Of a stretch of 64,000 nt of DNA, positions 37,757 through 53,022 are shown piece by piece (position 1 is the stretch's first letter; each line of letters begins with the position of its first letter). The DNA lies in assembly GCF_006345805.1 (NCBI RefSeq), contig NC_043017.1:14384001-14448000 (forward strand). Reading direction: 5' to 3'. The notes below the pieces were generated by a model. It had not been told where the DNA came from. It was given only the letters and a program-made list of their open reading frames with translations, and ran no database searches. Made by a program: the position numbers and the translations under genes. The stretch is from Octopus sinensis (taxonomy: Eukaryota).

Positions 37757-40700
37757 CATGCATATATGGGTACAGGACATCACCAATGATGCAAACATGA
37801 AATATGTAAACAAATGAGGGGAAATGAGTGAAATATATATATATAGAGAGAGAGAGGAGAGAGAGAGGAGAGAGAGAGAGGAGAGGAGAGAGAGAGGAGG
37901 AGAGAGAGAGGAGAGAGAGAGGGAGAGAGAGATAGAGAGAGAGAGGAATAGAGAGAGAACATGTAAATGGTTGGATAGAATCCCTTATGATATTTAAAGT
38001 CCATACTTTCCAAATTCTAACCCTGTTAAGGCCAAGTTTGTCTTTCATCCTTCTGGGATCAATAAAGTTTTAGTCAGGTTCTCGTCTTCATTTAATATTT
38101 CTATAAAATATAAAAGACAGCAAGTTAGCACACCATGCATCTAACTTGACATTCTGAGTTCAAATTCTGCCAAGGTCGACTTTGCATTTCGTCTTTTCAA
38201 AATCAATAAAATAAGTATCAATTGAGCATTGGAGATGATGTGATTGACTTACCCCAACCCTTAAATTGCTGGCCTTGTGCCAAAATCTGAAATCAATATT
38301 TCTATAAAGTATCATAGATATGTTGAGAATTCCAACAGACAAGCACTGAACATAAGGAGTTACAGAAACCAAGAATCTTCAAGAAACTAGCATCAGAGTA
38401 TTAGCCATAACTGTTTCAGTCTACAACAGACTATTATTGTATCTATTATGTAAGGTCGTTGGTGTTAGGAAGGGCCTCCATGCCAAAACAGTGAAACCTG
38501 GTGCAGCCTTCTTGGTTTGCCATCTCCTGTCAAACCCTCCAACCCATGCCAGCAAGGAAAATGGACACTAAATGATGATGAGGATGACTATTGGATTGGT
38601 AACCATTTCCAGAAACACTAAGTCATCCTTGTAACCAGGAGTCGGGTGATAACCTTTACCAAAAGGATTGACAACCAAGACACATTTTGTGGCTCTATTG
38701 CCATTGAAACATGACTTCTTCAAACTGGAATTATTTAAAAAATTAATTGAGCATTTGGAAGGATTTAGCAAAATAACAAACTTTGTCATTATTAAGATAA
38801 TCTTAAGAGTATAAAATATATATATATTGATATATTAAGCTGGTGTATGGAACATTGGACCATAACTGAAGACATATTGGTATATTAAGTGGAATGTAAG
38901 TTAACAAGTGTACTTTGCATAAAATTATGATGGACAGTTTCATTGAAATCAAAACACTTTAAAAGAGGAGAATAAAAGCAGAGCAAGTGTCAGGTTTTTG
39001 GATATCAAAAGGATTACTAACTGCTAAACATGACATTCATAGCAGACTATAGCAGATCCATGTTTTGTTTTACAAACTTCGATTCGTCTTTCAAAACTAG
39101 TTTGACTGGTTCAAAGCTTCCCACCTACAAATGGTTGAGAAGTTGGTTTTGAAACTGCAGGCTCAGGATTTGATTTCATTGCATAGCACCCTGAATAATT
39201 GTTTTCGAATATAGCATCAGGTTAACCAATACTTTGTAAATAAATGGAATTTGATAGAGGGACAATGTGTAGAAGCCCAATGGAGGAGGGACTGTTCCTG
39301 GTTCATTTTTGGATTTAGTAGATTTAATCTACTGTACAATTTAACATCACCATTGGTCACTTTGGGTGCTATTAGTCGAATCCACTTTGTCACAAATGTT
39401 TGGCTCTTGTTGAAGTGGTACCTCACAAGCATTTCGGTTATGGCAGAACATGCATGTCTAAAGTGTTACATAATGGGATCAACCACTAAAAGCACAGAGG
39501 TGTAAAGTTTTAATCCCAGCAACCAACTTAGAGAATGTACCTCCAATTATCCTTGAAACTACATAAATTGGAAGAGCTCAACTTTCTGGAACAATCTGGT
39601 TTGATCATCAGGCATCTCAACTAAATATTTAACCCTCTTGATACTAACCTGTCCAAGACCATCCCTGGTTCATCACTTTATAATCTAAAGTGATCTAAAT
39701 TAAAATCTTCCATCAAACTTTCATCTTAATTTTTGTTCTAAACACCAGCTGAGTGATGAAAAACTTATTCAAAACTAAATTCTTCAATATTTTCAAAATT
39801 AATCGAAACAAAAGCAGCCCATTTCAACAGAAGTGTTGTGAGAGAAGCTAAGCTCCTGATCGTGAGATCTAACTCAACTTGCTGCATTAAAATTTATCAT
39901 TGGGCAATACATATTATATCCCTTAACTACAGCACCTTAGCTAAAAAACAACTGATACCTCTGTAGCCAAAGGAATATTCAGCAGCAAAAACCAGCTGTT
40001 GCAATTGTTTAGAACTGTGCCATAATAACAGGAAGTAAAAGATTTAAATAAATGATTCATATAAATTGGTATGGATCGAAAGAGTTGTTTGGTTGCCAAA
40101 GACAAACAGCCAGGATGTCACATACATCACAACTTGGGGCTTCTTAACCCCTCAGCTTTATATACATTCACATTTTATCCTCTCCAGATTACTGAAAGGT
40201 AACTTCCATTCTAGTGAGAGATAAAACCAAGATAAAACAATCCAAAATCCGCTGCAAATATCCCAGATCAATTACATTCTTTTAAGTCCTGCAATTTTCA
40301 GGGATAGCATAGCTCCCTTTTACACAGACTATATCTAGTAATACAGGGTTACCCTAGCTCTCTTTTTGCCTGTACTTAAAAATACTCTTGCTCCCTCTTA
40401 CATAGACTATACAACAACTCCCTATACAGGGTTGTCACGCTAGATCCTTCTTATATATAGTCTGTACCATGTGATACAGAGTTACCACTACTTCATAAAC
40501 AGGGCTACCAGTGCTCCCTCTCATACAATGCGTATCGAGTGTTAATAATTGCCATCTGCTACAAAGATGTTGGTTGTAATCAATAGGTTCAATATTATAG
40601 AATTTTGAAAAAAAAAATCAAACCTAATCAAATATGTTGCCCATCCTGTAATATAGAAAGGAGAATGAAAGAGAATTGGAGTCTGTAATATAATTAGTGT

Positions 40701-42851
40701 TAGATAACGAATGGAGAAGACAAGAGAATAAATGTGTTGTGTACGAGAGCATGTAATAAAAGCAATATCATATATAAATAATGGGACAGGGTGAAGTGTG
40801 TGTGTGGTGGGGGATGGAGGTGTAGAGCAACATCTGGTTGACAGAGAGTAGCTTGGTATTGCAACCAGTGAACTAGGTTGTCGATCAATGGTTGCCAGGT
40901 GACAGAGCGTTGATATATGCACACAGTATCAAAGAGCACCAGTGTAAACAGATGCTAGTAGTGCAGCACCTCTACTGGCATCTAGCTGTATATTAGCAGC
41001 ACTTTACAAATATTGCAGTCGCAACACTTTGACGGTAAATACTGACGGCTGCTACAGTCAACTTCAACAAAAGCCTGTAAAGCTATTTGCTTGGAAAGAG
41101 AATCATGTTAAACCTTAATATTTAACCCCTATTTACAGTATTCAACCTTTTTTGTTGTTATAACGGATATTGAAAGCATCAAGAGTAATCAATTCCATAT
41201 TTATGTATATATTAAGTGATGTGTATACATGAATATATAGTAGTATGTATGTGAAGGAAGACTTAAGTCTCTGCTACAATAATGTCTCCACTCACACACA
41301 CAGCCACATACATTAGCAGATCTTGAGAGAAGAGGCAGACTTAATAAGTATCGTTTTCAAATCACTTGATGTAGATTTGTGATTTAGTCAAATAGATTTT
41401 AAAGTCACTGAACACACTTCTCAAGCAGACTTCTTCTGCTGGTGAAGCTAAATCATTAAATATACTTGTACATTAATTAATATCAAAATTAAGAATGTCG
41501 GACATAATTCTTAATAAAATTGCAGATTGTATTTATTTAAGTCATCTTCACAACTACAGGCTTGAAACAAATGAGACAAACAATAAATATCACTTCAATA
41601 AATGAAGGAGAAAATGTTTATTTTTTCAGCAAACCAGATTTATAATGAAAGTTTTCTGGATTTGCTAATTACAATGTTGATGTAAAGGTTAACTTAACCT
41701 CCAAGTTAGCAGATTCTTTGTTTCATGCTTTAAAAGATGAAGTGCCACCCTCCCAGCATCTCCAAAATTATTCCTGAGACGGGTAGGAAGGAAGCTATCT
41801 CAGACAGTGACAGAATCAATTCTGCTGCAAAAAGTACCTAAATACCCATTGGTTGCATTCAATCAAGTGATGACTTCACTTAAAAGACTTTCATTGGCCT
41901 TAAGGCTATAAAAGTTGGGGCAAAAACCTCAAGCATGTAGGTGTGGACTTCTTAACCCCACAACCATACTCAGAAAAAAAGAAAAAGAAAGAAACTCTTA
42001 ACTTGAAGAACATGGCAAGAATCTGACTTTCTTTTCATGTCAAATTCCTGTTAGAATGGAGTGAAGAGACGGGGAAAAAAACCTGTATTTCTTTTATCAG
42101 CCAGAAGTTTGAATTTAAATGTATTTTATTATTGGGGATTAATAAGAAGTGAAAGCTTTAATTAATATCTGATGTTAATTATCACTGAGTATGTCTTGTA
42201 TAAGAGGAAGTCACACTGCTGTTACACAAAGTGTTCAACTTTAACCCTAGTTCAACCCTGGGTCAGTAAACCTTATGATCAAAGGTATTACATCCATACC
42301 CATCACATTGTTTAGGGGGTCTTCTTGACTACTTTATACCTTACATATGTACTTTTCCATTTCTTAAAAAACTAGAGACAGAGGATGGGATTAGAGAGGG
42401 ATTTAATTACTATTGCTTGTAGGTTGAGTTACTACCTAGAGGCTCCCTTATTGGCACGTTGTTTAGCCCCAGGTCAGCTCTGATCTTGATCGCACAGATT
42501 TATGAGAATGACATTCCAAGCATGTCCATGTCTAAGACTGCATTAGACAATGTATACTTTTTTTTAAATGACAGTAGGTGTAATTTGAAGGAGATTTGAC
42601 TGCTATTTTCCCCAGGTTAAATGACCATGTACAGGCTCCCTTGTTTATTCATAATAATTGATGGAATAAGTGGAAGGAGAGAAAGAGAGTGAGAGAGAAG
42701 TGTGTGTGTCTGCATGTGTGTGTGTAATTGTGTGTGTGTGTGTGTGGGGGGGGGTATGTGTACCACATGCATATGTTTGTGTGCATGTATACATCTGTAG
42801 ATATGTATGTATACATGTGTGTGTATGTGTGTGTGTATGTGTGTGTGTGTG

Positions 42852-42902
<51 letters not shown>

Positions 42903-45900
42903 TGACTGTGCAAATCTATGTACATGTGAGTGTGTATGAGTAGTGTCAGGCTAACATAGCTGACATTTCCTCTCCAACCACAATAAAAGACTAATTGTAA
43001 CAGGTTCAGAAAGATAATGATCAGAATATAGAAAATGTTAAAATATTTTCATCCACAAATATCAGATTTCCATTCGTATAATTCCCATATCCCACCCATC
43101 CTGTCTCAATATTGTACAAATGTGTTTTAGATGCTGGCCTCTACATCCACAACTGACCCTGATGCTGTAGAGGCCAGCATCATAAACTGTTTAGAATTCA
43201 TAATTTATCAAACTTTCAACAGACTAATGCTGCAACTGGACTGCAGTCATCTTGGGGCAGTGCCTTCCTTAAAAGTTTAACCAATCAATCATATATTTAA
43301 TTCAACCTGCTTGTTTATTGATCTTGTATATAAGTTTAAGGTAAATATTATTCATAGATTTATTATAGTTGTTCTGCTTTATTCCATAATAAAAACCAGT
43401 GACCTTTTCCTAATAAACTCATCCCAAACCTCCTTAGGCCTCTAATGCATTCACTTTCTTCTTCGTATGATCTTAGGTTTCACCTTCAGCCCACTGATCT
43501 CTTTATTTTAATCTATTTTAAACATGGCATTCACACCAAAATATATTACAACTAAAGCTCTCTCTCTCCCTCTCTTCTACCTTTCAACACCTCACCATCT
43601 CAAATATAATCCTCTGTAATAAGCAGCTATCAAATGAAAAACGTTTGCCTTAGAAACTTTCTCTTCTCTTTCACTTTTATATTGTTATTTAACCCTGTCT
43701 CTCTCCCCACCCACATACATCTACACATATATTATAAATCAAATATAAACCAAATCTAATACAAGTAAAACTAGCAACAGAAAACTCCTCCTTAATGAAA
43801 TGTCCAACTCCTGTTTCCTACTTCCCTCCAACACGTCCCATACCTTCTCCATTTCCTAAGAACATATTTATTTACTTATTCTGTGACTCAATCTCATTTC
43901 ACATTTGTTCAATGAGGTCAACAGGTTGAAACATGCAGCGGTTTGTTGCGAATCATTCAATTTCACAAATAAACATTTATTGTGGGTGACTTTGTGACTT
44001 TGTGACGTCTGACATCCTTTATTAACAGGGTAACTAAAAACAGCATTAATAATACCCAAGCTATGCTATATGTGAGTGTATGTCAATCTATGTACTGCAG
44101 CCTTCTTTCACCAGCAACTATGATCTCAGAGCACATCTCATGTTCTCACATCTCTGTGGTGTCAGGCAGACACACCCCTCCCCACCACCACTCGGCCCAG
44201 CCATTCCTTCAACCAGCAGAATATCAACAATGTGGGACAATTGGAGGCAGAAAGGGTTGCACCAGCACCACTTGGTTGGTCCTCATTTACAACTGAAGAG
44301 ACTGGAGCAATGGGAAATGAAAAGCCTTGCTCAAGGATACAACACCTTGCCAAATCCAAAACACAAACCCCACCCCACTGGTCAACAGCCCAACCCCCCA
44401 CCCACAAAACCAGCTGTAGTATGACTGGTCAAGAAGTTTACTTTACAACCATGAGATTCCAGGTTCAGTCCCACAGTATAGCACCTTGTGACTTAGGCTG
44501 ACCCCATGTCTTGTGAGTAATATTGGGGAGATGGAAACTGAAGAGAAGCCTGTCGGATGAATAGTATCTGGAATTCAAAAGGACTGGCCTTGTTACACAT
44601 GGGTATCATGGTGATCCTGCTTGGGAGTTATGTTAAGGGTACATAGGTCTGTGGAGTACTCAGCCACTTACAGATATTATTCAATGAGAATAGAATTCAG
44701 TAAAACGAACAACTGCAAAGTTATAATAGAAACTGATGGGGGACCATCCACACATATTTTATAAATGTACGTATAACTGTATGCGTGCCTGGATGGATGG
44801 ATAGATAAATGAATAGATAGATTAGATAGATAGATAGATAAATAGACAGAAAGCCAGACAAATAGATACACACACATCTATAGATATAAAACTCAACTTG
44901 TGTGTCTGTGTGTGTGTCTGTATGTTTAACTTCCCGGCACATCTCCTCCTAGCCAACAAATCGTAGAACCACCAAAAATGGGTCACTTAAAGTTTAGGCA
45001 AATGAAAATTGAACTGCACTATTTCTGTTCCAAAATTCATCTCACAAGTGCAAAAATCGGTAATGTGTTTGTTTAGGCCTTATCCCATGCATTGAATAGT
45101 GAGCTGTTTGATGTGAACAGTCAGCTGTTTGATGTGAACTGTGTTCACCACGCGTGCAAGTATGCGTAAATTGTATGAAAAATAAAAAATCAAGATATAA
45201 AAACGAATCGCCATAAACATTGAAGAAATTCAGCAAAGAAATGAATTTTCGGGATGTAGCCTGGAGGGTTTTTTCATATTAATCATTTGGACTTTTGGAA
45301 CACATACCAATTGTTTTCATAACATTTTTAATGCTTTGAATTAAATGTGACCATTTTGCGTTGAGTCTGCAGTTTGAATCACTTTAACCAAATTTTAGCA
45401 GGCCGTATTTTTATCATCATGATACATCGCCAGCGACTCCCTGAAACTTTCCCCTGAAATCCCCGTTGAGAAATACTGATCTAAAAGAATAATTCCACAA
45501 TGCAATTATTTGATCAACAAAAATTTATGAAACACTTCTACGTACTTCCTATTGAGGAAATGGAACTCATAAGCGCAAAAATAGAGGGCATTAAATGCTT
45601 GATTTTAAAATCAAAATAATTGAATTTTGATTGAACTTCATCCAAGTTTAGCTTAATTTGCGAGTGCATAGAACGCATGAGCTGGGCAATACTGCGAGTA
45701 AATATATATAAATATGCATATAAACATATATGCATAAGTGCATGTGTGTGAGTGATGAGCCTCAGCACATTTTCTGCCAACCCATTTCCACTTGCAAGAT
45801 ATTGGATAACTCAAAGACATAGTAGGAGACGCTCTATGAGCTGTGCAGTGGAATTGAACCTAGTACTACATGGTTGTAGAGTAAGCTTCCTAACCAGCAT

Positions 45901-46261
45901 CTGCAACAAAACACAGAATTATCTAATTTGGCAACAGAAATAAAAGCTGTGTGTCTGTAGTGAATTATTAAGTGTTAGATCTCTGAGGAATCAAATGCCA
46001 AAATGGTAAAATAGACTGTAGCAGACATAGAATAGAGGAAATTGTTAGCAGCTCCAGTGTTAAATATAATTAACATTGCAGAAATTAGAATCAAGTAAAA
46101 TATATATACTAACGAAGAATGTCTGGACAAAATATATACTAACGAGGAATGTCTGTGATTCTGTTGTCTAATAACCATAATGCTTGGCCAACTCATTCTA
46201 TGACACTCATTATCGTGTCAGAGATTCATATTGTTATATAATTACATCATTATATCAATAT

Positions 46262-46830
46262 AGATCTATTATTATTATGATTATTATTATTATTGAGTGA
46301 GAGAGCAGTGCATGCCATCAAAGTGACACTGGGTTACAAATATATGAAGCCCAGTATACTCATCATGACTACCTGTCTGATAAGGGTACACCAGGCGCAT
46401 GCATCACAACCATATGTGTGCAACATAGTGATCTAATATCAAGATAAACAGTGCATGACCTTGCAGGTGGGGCCCAGTTAGAATTTTCTTTAGGTCAAGT
46501 AGTGTTTCCCAGTCAAAAGGTCTCTGAATAAGGGTTGTTTAAGAATGTTGAAAGAACCACCCATGTTTCCAGAGGTGAATTATTCAAACCCCAAAGAATC
46601 CCTCTCAACACATGGCTATGATGCTCCCCCACTACTTCTGCTCGTGATCAGAGATGCACATATCGTCAGCCACTAAGGGACTTGCTCAACTGGTTATGGT
46701 CAAACAACTGACAAGCAAATCTGTGGTATTGAGCAGAATATTTGCTGTAGCCCATCTTTTATACCAAGACAAAACAATATACATGATAACACTTCCAATC
46801 AGTTCAGATCAAAAGCCTTGAGTGCCAGTG
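46262..46830 (-). mobile_element. Unclassified retroposon-like insert with (AAT)n tail
   Basis: Block richer in GC than its flanks, ending CTCTCACTCAATAATAAT... No open frame recognised. Confidence 0.45.
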
Positions 46831-48671
46831 CATCATCATCATCATCATCATCACAGCATGATGATGATGATGCTGTATTGTTGTTATAGATTTATAAAAT
46901 AAATTCTTTGGAGATTTCATTTGAAGAATTAAGACTAGAAATGTAGGACCAGATAATGGACTTATCATCATATATCCTGTTCAACTGTTTCAGTGTCTTT
47001 CAGAGATAAAGATACTTGGGGATCACTGCTGTTCACAGAAACACTGCTAACTTTGGGGTTTCAACTCTTAATATAAGAATAGCATCAAGAAGGTTCAGTT
47101 GTAGTCTCTTGCAAGAAGAAACTTAGGAAGCAATATTGGAGTCAATCAAATTGATTCCAATATTCAACTGGTACTTTGTTGCAGGTTTTATAGCCTCACA
47201 AGCTGGATGGTGCCCCCACTAATACTGGTGGCATGAAAAAAGTACCCAGTCCATGCTGTAAGGTAGTTGGCATTAAAAAGGGCATCCAGTTGTAGAGGCC
47301 TTACCAAAGCAGACACTGGAGCAATACTTGGGCTCATCGGATTCTGTCAGACAGTCCAACCCATGCCTGCAAATGGTAATCTTCAACTACACAAAGAAAG
47401 GAATTATATTTCAGTCCAGTCACAAACAATTTCACTGGTAGGTCATTTCAAAAAAATACAATCAAAGAATTACTACAATACATACTACTACTGCTACTTG
47501 TACAACAAACACACATCAGCAGAAACAGATACCTATTTGAAAATGAAACTGGAAGAACCTTAATTTCAAGTGAAGAATGCAAGAAAAACCACAGCCATCA
47601 CTCAACAGTCAGTACAACTAAAAACTAAGGTCTTACTAAGTGTCTCAGGTATCTATATAGATGAGAGAAGCTCTCCTACCTTTAACCCAGTCATACTAGT
47701 CAGTGGTGGCCATAGGCATGGCTTCGTTCTGATGGCCAAATAGATAAAATAAATGAAAAGGCTGCACTGAGGAGGGTTAAAAAGACTAAAACATGTTTAC
47801 AGTTATCTCCCATCCCAGAATAAATGAGAGCCACTGAAGTAATGTTTTCTTCTTCTCACAATATAATGTTAAATAATTAATTTGATGATTTATTTCTTTA
47901 CCATGTTAATTATGAGGATACTAACTATACTAATAGAAATACAAATTGGAAATGACCCCTAATTCTGGTTATCAGTCAATGTCTACAAAAATCTGCATCT
48001 TCATCAAAACCAATTTCAAAGTCAATGAAATGAAGACATCATCATCATTATCACCAGAGTTGTCAATTAAAACTAATCCTTCTTAACATGAATGTTTCGT
48101 TCTTGGAATCTGTCCACAAACAACCATTCACTTTTTTCTAGCATTATCTTATTTAATCTCTTTCCAATCTGAACAAGACTGTGGCTGTCAGAAGACAAGG
48201 GATCAGCTTACATTTTTAATTTTAATACATGGATTATTGTCAAGGTGACAGTAAGTGGACGATAGAAAAAAGTCCTTTTGGACACAAAGGATTCTTCAAT
48301 CTTTTTTTCCCTAACAATTATGGAAGAGTTTTAAACCTTTAAAATATCTTAATAAAAAAGGAGAACAGTTGTAGGTGAAAAAGACTCGAAGCCTAAGGTA
48401 GACACGTTATTGATCACATCTTTTATGATGCAACCAATTATTTCAGATTTCAGATGTTCAAATTCATTTAGTCCTTGATTTTTACGTCCATTTGTTTAAC
48501 ACATGTTGGCATGGGTGACACAAACAGGGTTTTGAGGGATTGTTTTATAGCCAAATGCTTTTCCTCATGCTAACCCTTATCACCTCTCTCGGATAAGGTA
48601 TTTCTTATCGTACATGGCTTCAAAGGCAACAAGTAAGCAGATAGATTAAGTGGCGGTGGCGGTGGCGGTGG

Positions 48672-48703
<32 letters not shown>

Positions 48704-49131
48704 ACAACAACAACAGCACTTGTATGATTTTCTGCACACAACAAGCTTCTTTTCAGTTTCCCATCTATCAAATCTACTCATAAGGCTTTGGTTTGCCGAG
48801 GGTCATAGCACAAGCCTCTTGCCCAAGGTGACACACAAAGGGACTGGAACAGAAACCTTGTGGTTAGGTTTCCAACCTCACTTGCATGTCTTATGTTCTC
48901 ACAAAGTATTCTGTAATGTTGTGACATTATGAGTGACAATTATAGGACGATTAATTACATTAATCTAACGACTAAATAAGAGAAAACAGCCAAATTAGGG
49001 GCCAGAGAATCCAATAAGAAAAAGATTGTTACTGAATTGATTTGGCCCCAAATGTAACATTTACACCTTCGTAGGAATCAAACAATTCCCTGTAAACATA
49101 TATATCAACAATATACAGACATGCATGCATG

Positions 49132-49163
<32 letters not shown>

Positions 49164-49603
49164 TATATATCCTCATTTCTGTAGAAGAGTTTTCCTTTTA
49201 TACCATATATGTACGCGTATGTGTGGTATATAACCCCACCACACACACACAGGGTAAGAGTATTTGGATAATACCAAGATAAAAGATTTGTTATTTTTCA
49301 TATATTTCATTGCCAATATATTTGACATTAATATAATCCTATAAAACTGAGCAAACCAGTACCACATACACAACCTAGAAAAGGACAAAGGAATTCCTTG
49401 CTTGTGGGTGGAATTTCACCTGCATTAAAATTTGAAATCACTCATTGAAAATAACATAAAAATCGTCCATGAAAGAAATGGCTTAAACTTTCAGACCTAC
49501 AAGAGTAAATTTCATATATTTATGAATCTGTGAAATTAAAGATTTGTTATTTTACACAGAGCAGGTATCCGTAAAGGATGAAGTTATTCTCAAACCAGCT
49601 ACA

Positions 49604-49850
<247 letters not shown>

Positions 49851-50147
49851 GGCAAATCAAAATTAAAAACAAAAACAGGAAAAAATTATGAAAGTCAAAA
49901 GGACATACACAGTGAATATATTATATTGATGTTGAGAGAAAGCTTAAGATGGAAACAAAGGGATGTGACATTTTGAGCATGGCTCTTCATCAGAAAGAGG
50001 AAAAAGTCCGAAGGGAAGGAGACAAGTAGTCTGAGAAAAGCATGTGTCTTGTAACACGGCTGACAAAGAACTGTACGTGTGTGTATATATAAATATATTG
50101 TCATTTAACATCCACTTTCCTTGCTGGTATGGATTGGAGAAATACAC

Positions 50148-50191
<44 letters not shown>

Positions 50192-50262
50192 ATAAAGGGG
50201 ATAGAAAGAATTTTTCTAGCCTTTATGCTGAAAATGGATGCCAAATTCTCTCACCACTTACA

Positions 50263-50544
50263 AAATCACAAATTTACACGCATGCTGAAATCAAAGTAGC
50301 AAGCTAACTGAAATTAATAACAATATAGATAGCCCTGAATTAGCTAATTTCTGGATTTGCCCAATGGCTTTTCCTTCTTCAGCAAGGCACACATACAGGA
50401 AATATTTATTTCCTGTATGTGAGCCTTGTTGAAGAAAGAAAAGCCATTGGCAAATACAGAAATAGGTTAATCCAGGGCTATCTATATTATTAATTTCTGT
50501 TAGCTTGTTACTTTGATTTCAATATGTGTGTAAATTTGCGATTT
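50263..50544. repeat. Long inverted repeat, ~140 bp arms
   Basis: AAATCACAAATTTACAC...CATACAGGAAATA / TATTTCCTGTATG...GTGTAAATTTGCGATTT. Confidence 0.93.
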
Positions 50545-51094
50545 CTTCCTATGCCCTTAATTATAATTATATATATAATTTCACCTTAATTGAGTCTTTT
50601 TATATGCTGGCCGCTGATGAAATTGTTTTTTTAAAATTTTATCCTTTGTTATTGTAATTGAAAAATATATTTCAGCTGTGTAACATGTTTCTCTTGGACT
50701 ATCTCCTCTTTTCTCTTTGTGATGAAGAGCCATGCTTCAAACATCATCCATCCCCTTCTTTTGGCCATCTTAAACTTTCTCTGAGCATCAATATGATATA
50801 TTCACTGTGTACATTCTTCTGAATTTTGTTTTTAATTTTTTTTCCCATATATATATATACACTCACACAGAGTTTGCTCTTTAGGATATTTCCTTCATCA
50901 GCTGTCAACAGGTGATCATGATATCTGCCACTACCACACCCTCCAGCACCAACCAACCAACCAACCAACCAGCCAGCCAATACTGATACCACTACAGGAT
51001 CCCTGTGACCCTACACAATAGCAATTTTCTCTCCCTCTCTTGTTACCCTTTCAATAACCAAACAAGGATGGTTTGTTAATAATTTTATTTAGTT

Positions 51095-52030
51095 ACAGGA
51101 ATTCAAAAGTGGGTGCTCATGGGAACTGCTATATGCTGATGACTTGTTCTTATTGCAGAATCTTTAGCAGAATAGGAGAAGAAATTCCAGGCATGGAAAC
51201 AAAACCTGGAATCAAAGGCCCTTAAAGTTAACCTAGTTAAGACCAAAGATGTTGTTAGTAAGAAAGAAGATAAAACTCTTTCCATCAGGTAAATGGCCCT
51301 GCTCAGTATGTAGGAAAGGAGTTGGAAGAAATTCCATTCACTGCATCCAGTGTAATCTATGGACACAGAAGCGGTGCAGTAGAACCACAGGTAGATTTGT
51401 AGACAAAGTCATCTTTGTATGTGGCAGATGTGCAGGAAGAATAAGCACTAAGAGCACACGGGACTTAGATTCTCTGAAATGCCCAGGAGGCTCTCTACAG
51501 GTTGTAGTTTCTGTTACCTAGGTGACCAAATTAGCAGTGGTGGAGGATGCTCTGAAAATATTGTTTTTAGAATAAGAATTGGGTGGAGGAAGTCCAGAGA
51601 GCAGCAAAAGGATTCTCTCTCAGAGTGAAAGGTAGACTATATGATGCTTGTGTGTGAACGGCTATACTCCATGGTAGTGAGACAGGGGCTTTGAATGCAG
51701 AAGATATTCGTAGACTGGAGAGGAATGAAGGTAGTTCTGCTCCATTGGATGTGCAACATCAGTGTGCATGACCGACAAAGTGCAAATGGATTGAGAGAAA
51801 ATGTATTGGGCATAAGAAGAATCAAATGTAGCATGCAAGAGGACAGCTGCATAAAGAAGTGCTGATAACTGAAAGTAGATGGTACCCACAGAAGAAGGAG
51901 ACCCAGGAAGACATGGAATGAAGTGGTAAGGACCGATCTCAGGATGTTGGGCCTCACGGAGGAAATGACAATGGACCAAGATGTCTGGCAATATGAAGTT
52001 CTAGAGAAGACCCACCCACAACAGTGAAAC
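51095..52030 (+). mobile_element. Degraded RTE-group LINE RT with Cys-rich insertion
   Basis: WELLYADDLVLIAES at ~51120, KWPCSVCRKGVG..C..C..KRC..CGRC, FCYLGD, GRPRKTW. Contains stops and frameshifts. Related pieces at ~36570-36790 (+) and ~56690-57080 (-). Confidence 0.85.
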
Positions 52031-53022
52031 TGAGTTCTAGAAGCGCTGTGAGTCCCACCCACACTTAACAAGAAACCGTCTCACACACACACTATCACAA
52101 CAAACCAAACTACATCTCTTCTGGAGTAAAGATTATTTGCCAACATAACATGGCAGTCCTGGTTTAGGATGAATGTTGCTGTAATTTAGTACTGTTGCTG
52201 AATAACTCTTGTGAGATTTGCAAATAGTAATTTTCTAATACATCTCTTCTCTTCCTCACATTTCCCCCTTCATGCACTTGGTTTACCTCCCACTCCCCAA
52301 TCCTGTCCTCTTGGCCCTGTGCCACTGTATCATTGCTCTTTAATCGCAATATCCTACCACTTATATTATGGAGTTCAAACCTCAAGGATATGCCCTGGCA
52401 CTTACCACCATCTATATCTCTCTCTTCTTTTACTCAACCATCCCATTTATATTCTGATCCCTGTCCCTTGTCAGTATGCCCAGCACTTTGCCACCACCCC
52501 TATCCCGCTGTCTCCCACTCTCTCTCTCTCCCCTCCTTCTCCTGCACTTCCCTCAGTTTGGGTAACCGTATGTTTCCTTTGCAGCAGTGCACCTGTTTCT
52601 ATTTCTCTGCCTCATTATAACCTTTCATCATCGAACACAAGAACACCTCCTCCAATGCCCCCTCCCCTCTCAAAAGCGGATTTTTTTTCTGTCCTGCAAG
52701 TCACTTGGTGGCTCTGTCAGTGCAGGTGCTACTTAAAAACACTCAGTCCACACTGTAAAGTGGTTGGCATTTGGAAGAGCATCCAACTGTAAAAAACCTT
52801 GCCAAAACTGACCTCGCTTGTGCTTGTGCCATGTAAAAAGCAATAAGTCCACTCTGCTAAGTGGTTGGTGTTAGGAAGGGTATCCAGCTGTAAAAACCCT
52901 GCTAAAACAGTTACAGAAGTCTGATGCAAGCTTCTGCCTGGCCGGCTCTTGTCAAACCATTCCACCAATGCCAGCATGGAAGGCAGATGTTAAATGCTGA
53001 TGATGATGATGAAGAAAATTAA

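Noticed and set aside
40615-40650. Possible Tc1/mariner TIR (TACAGGATGGGCAAC on minus)
   Set aside because: No partner TIR or transposase found.
50614-50680. CTGATGA...ATTTC-AGCTGT as a hammerhead with long stem II
   Set aside because: GAAAC is absent, and CAGCTGTG belongs to the adjacent repeat copy.
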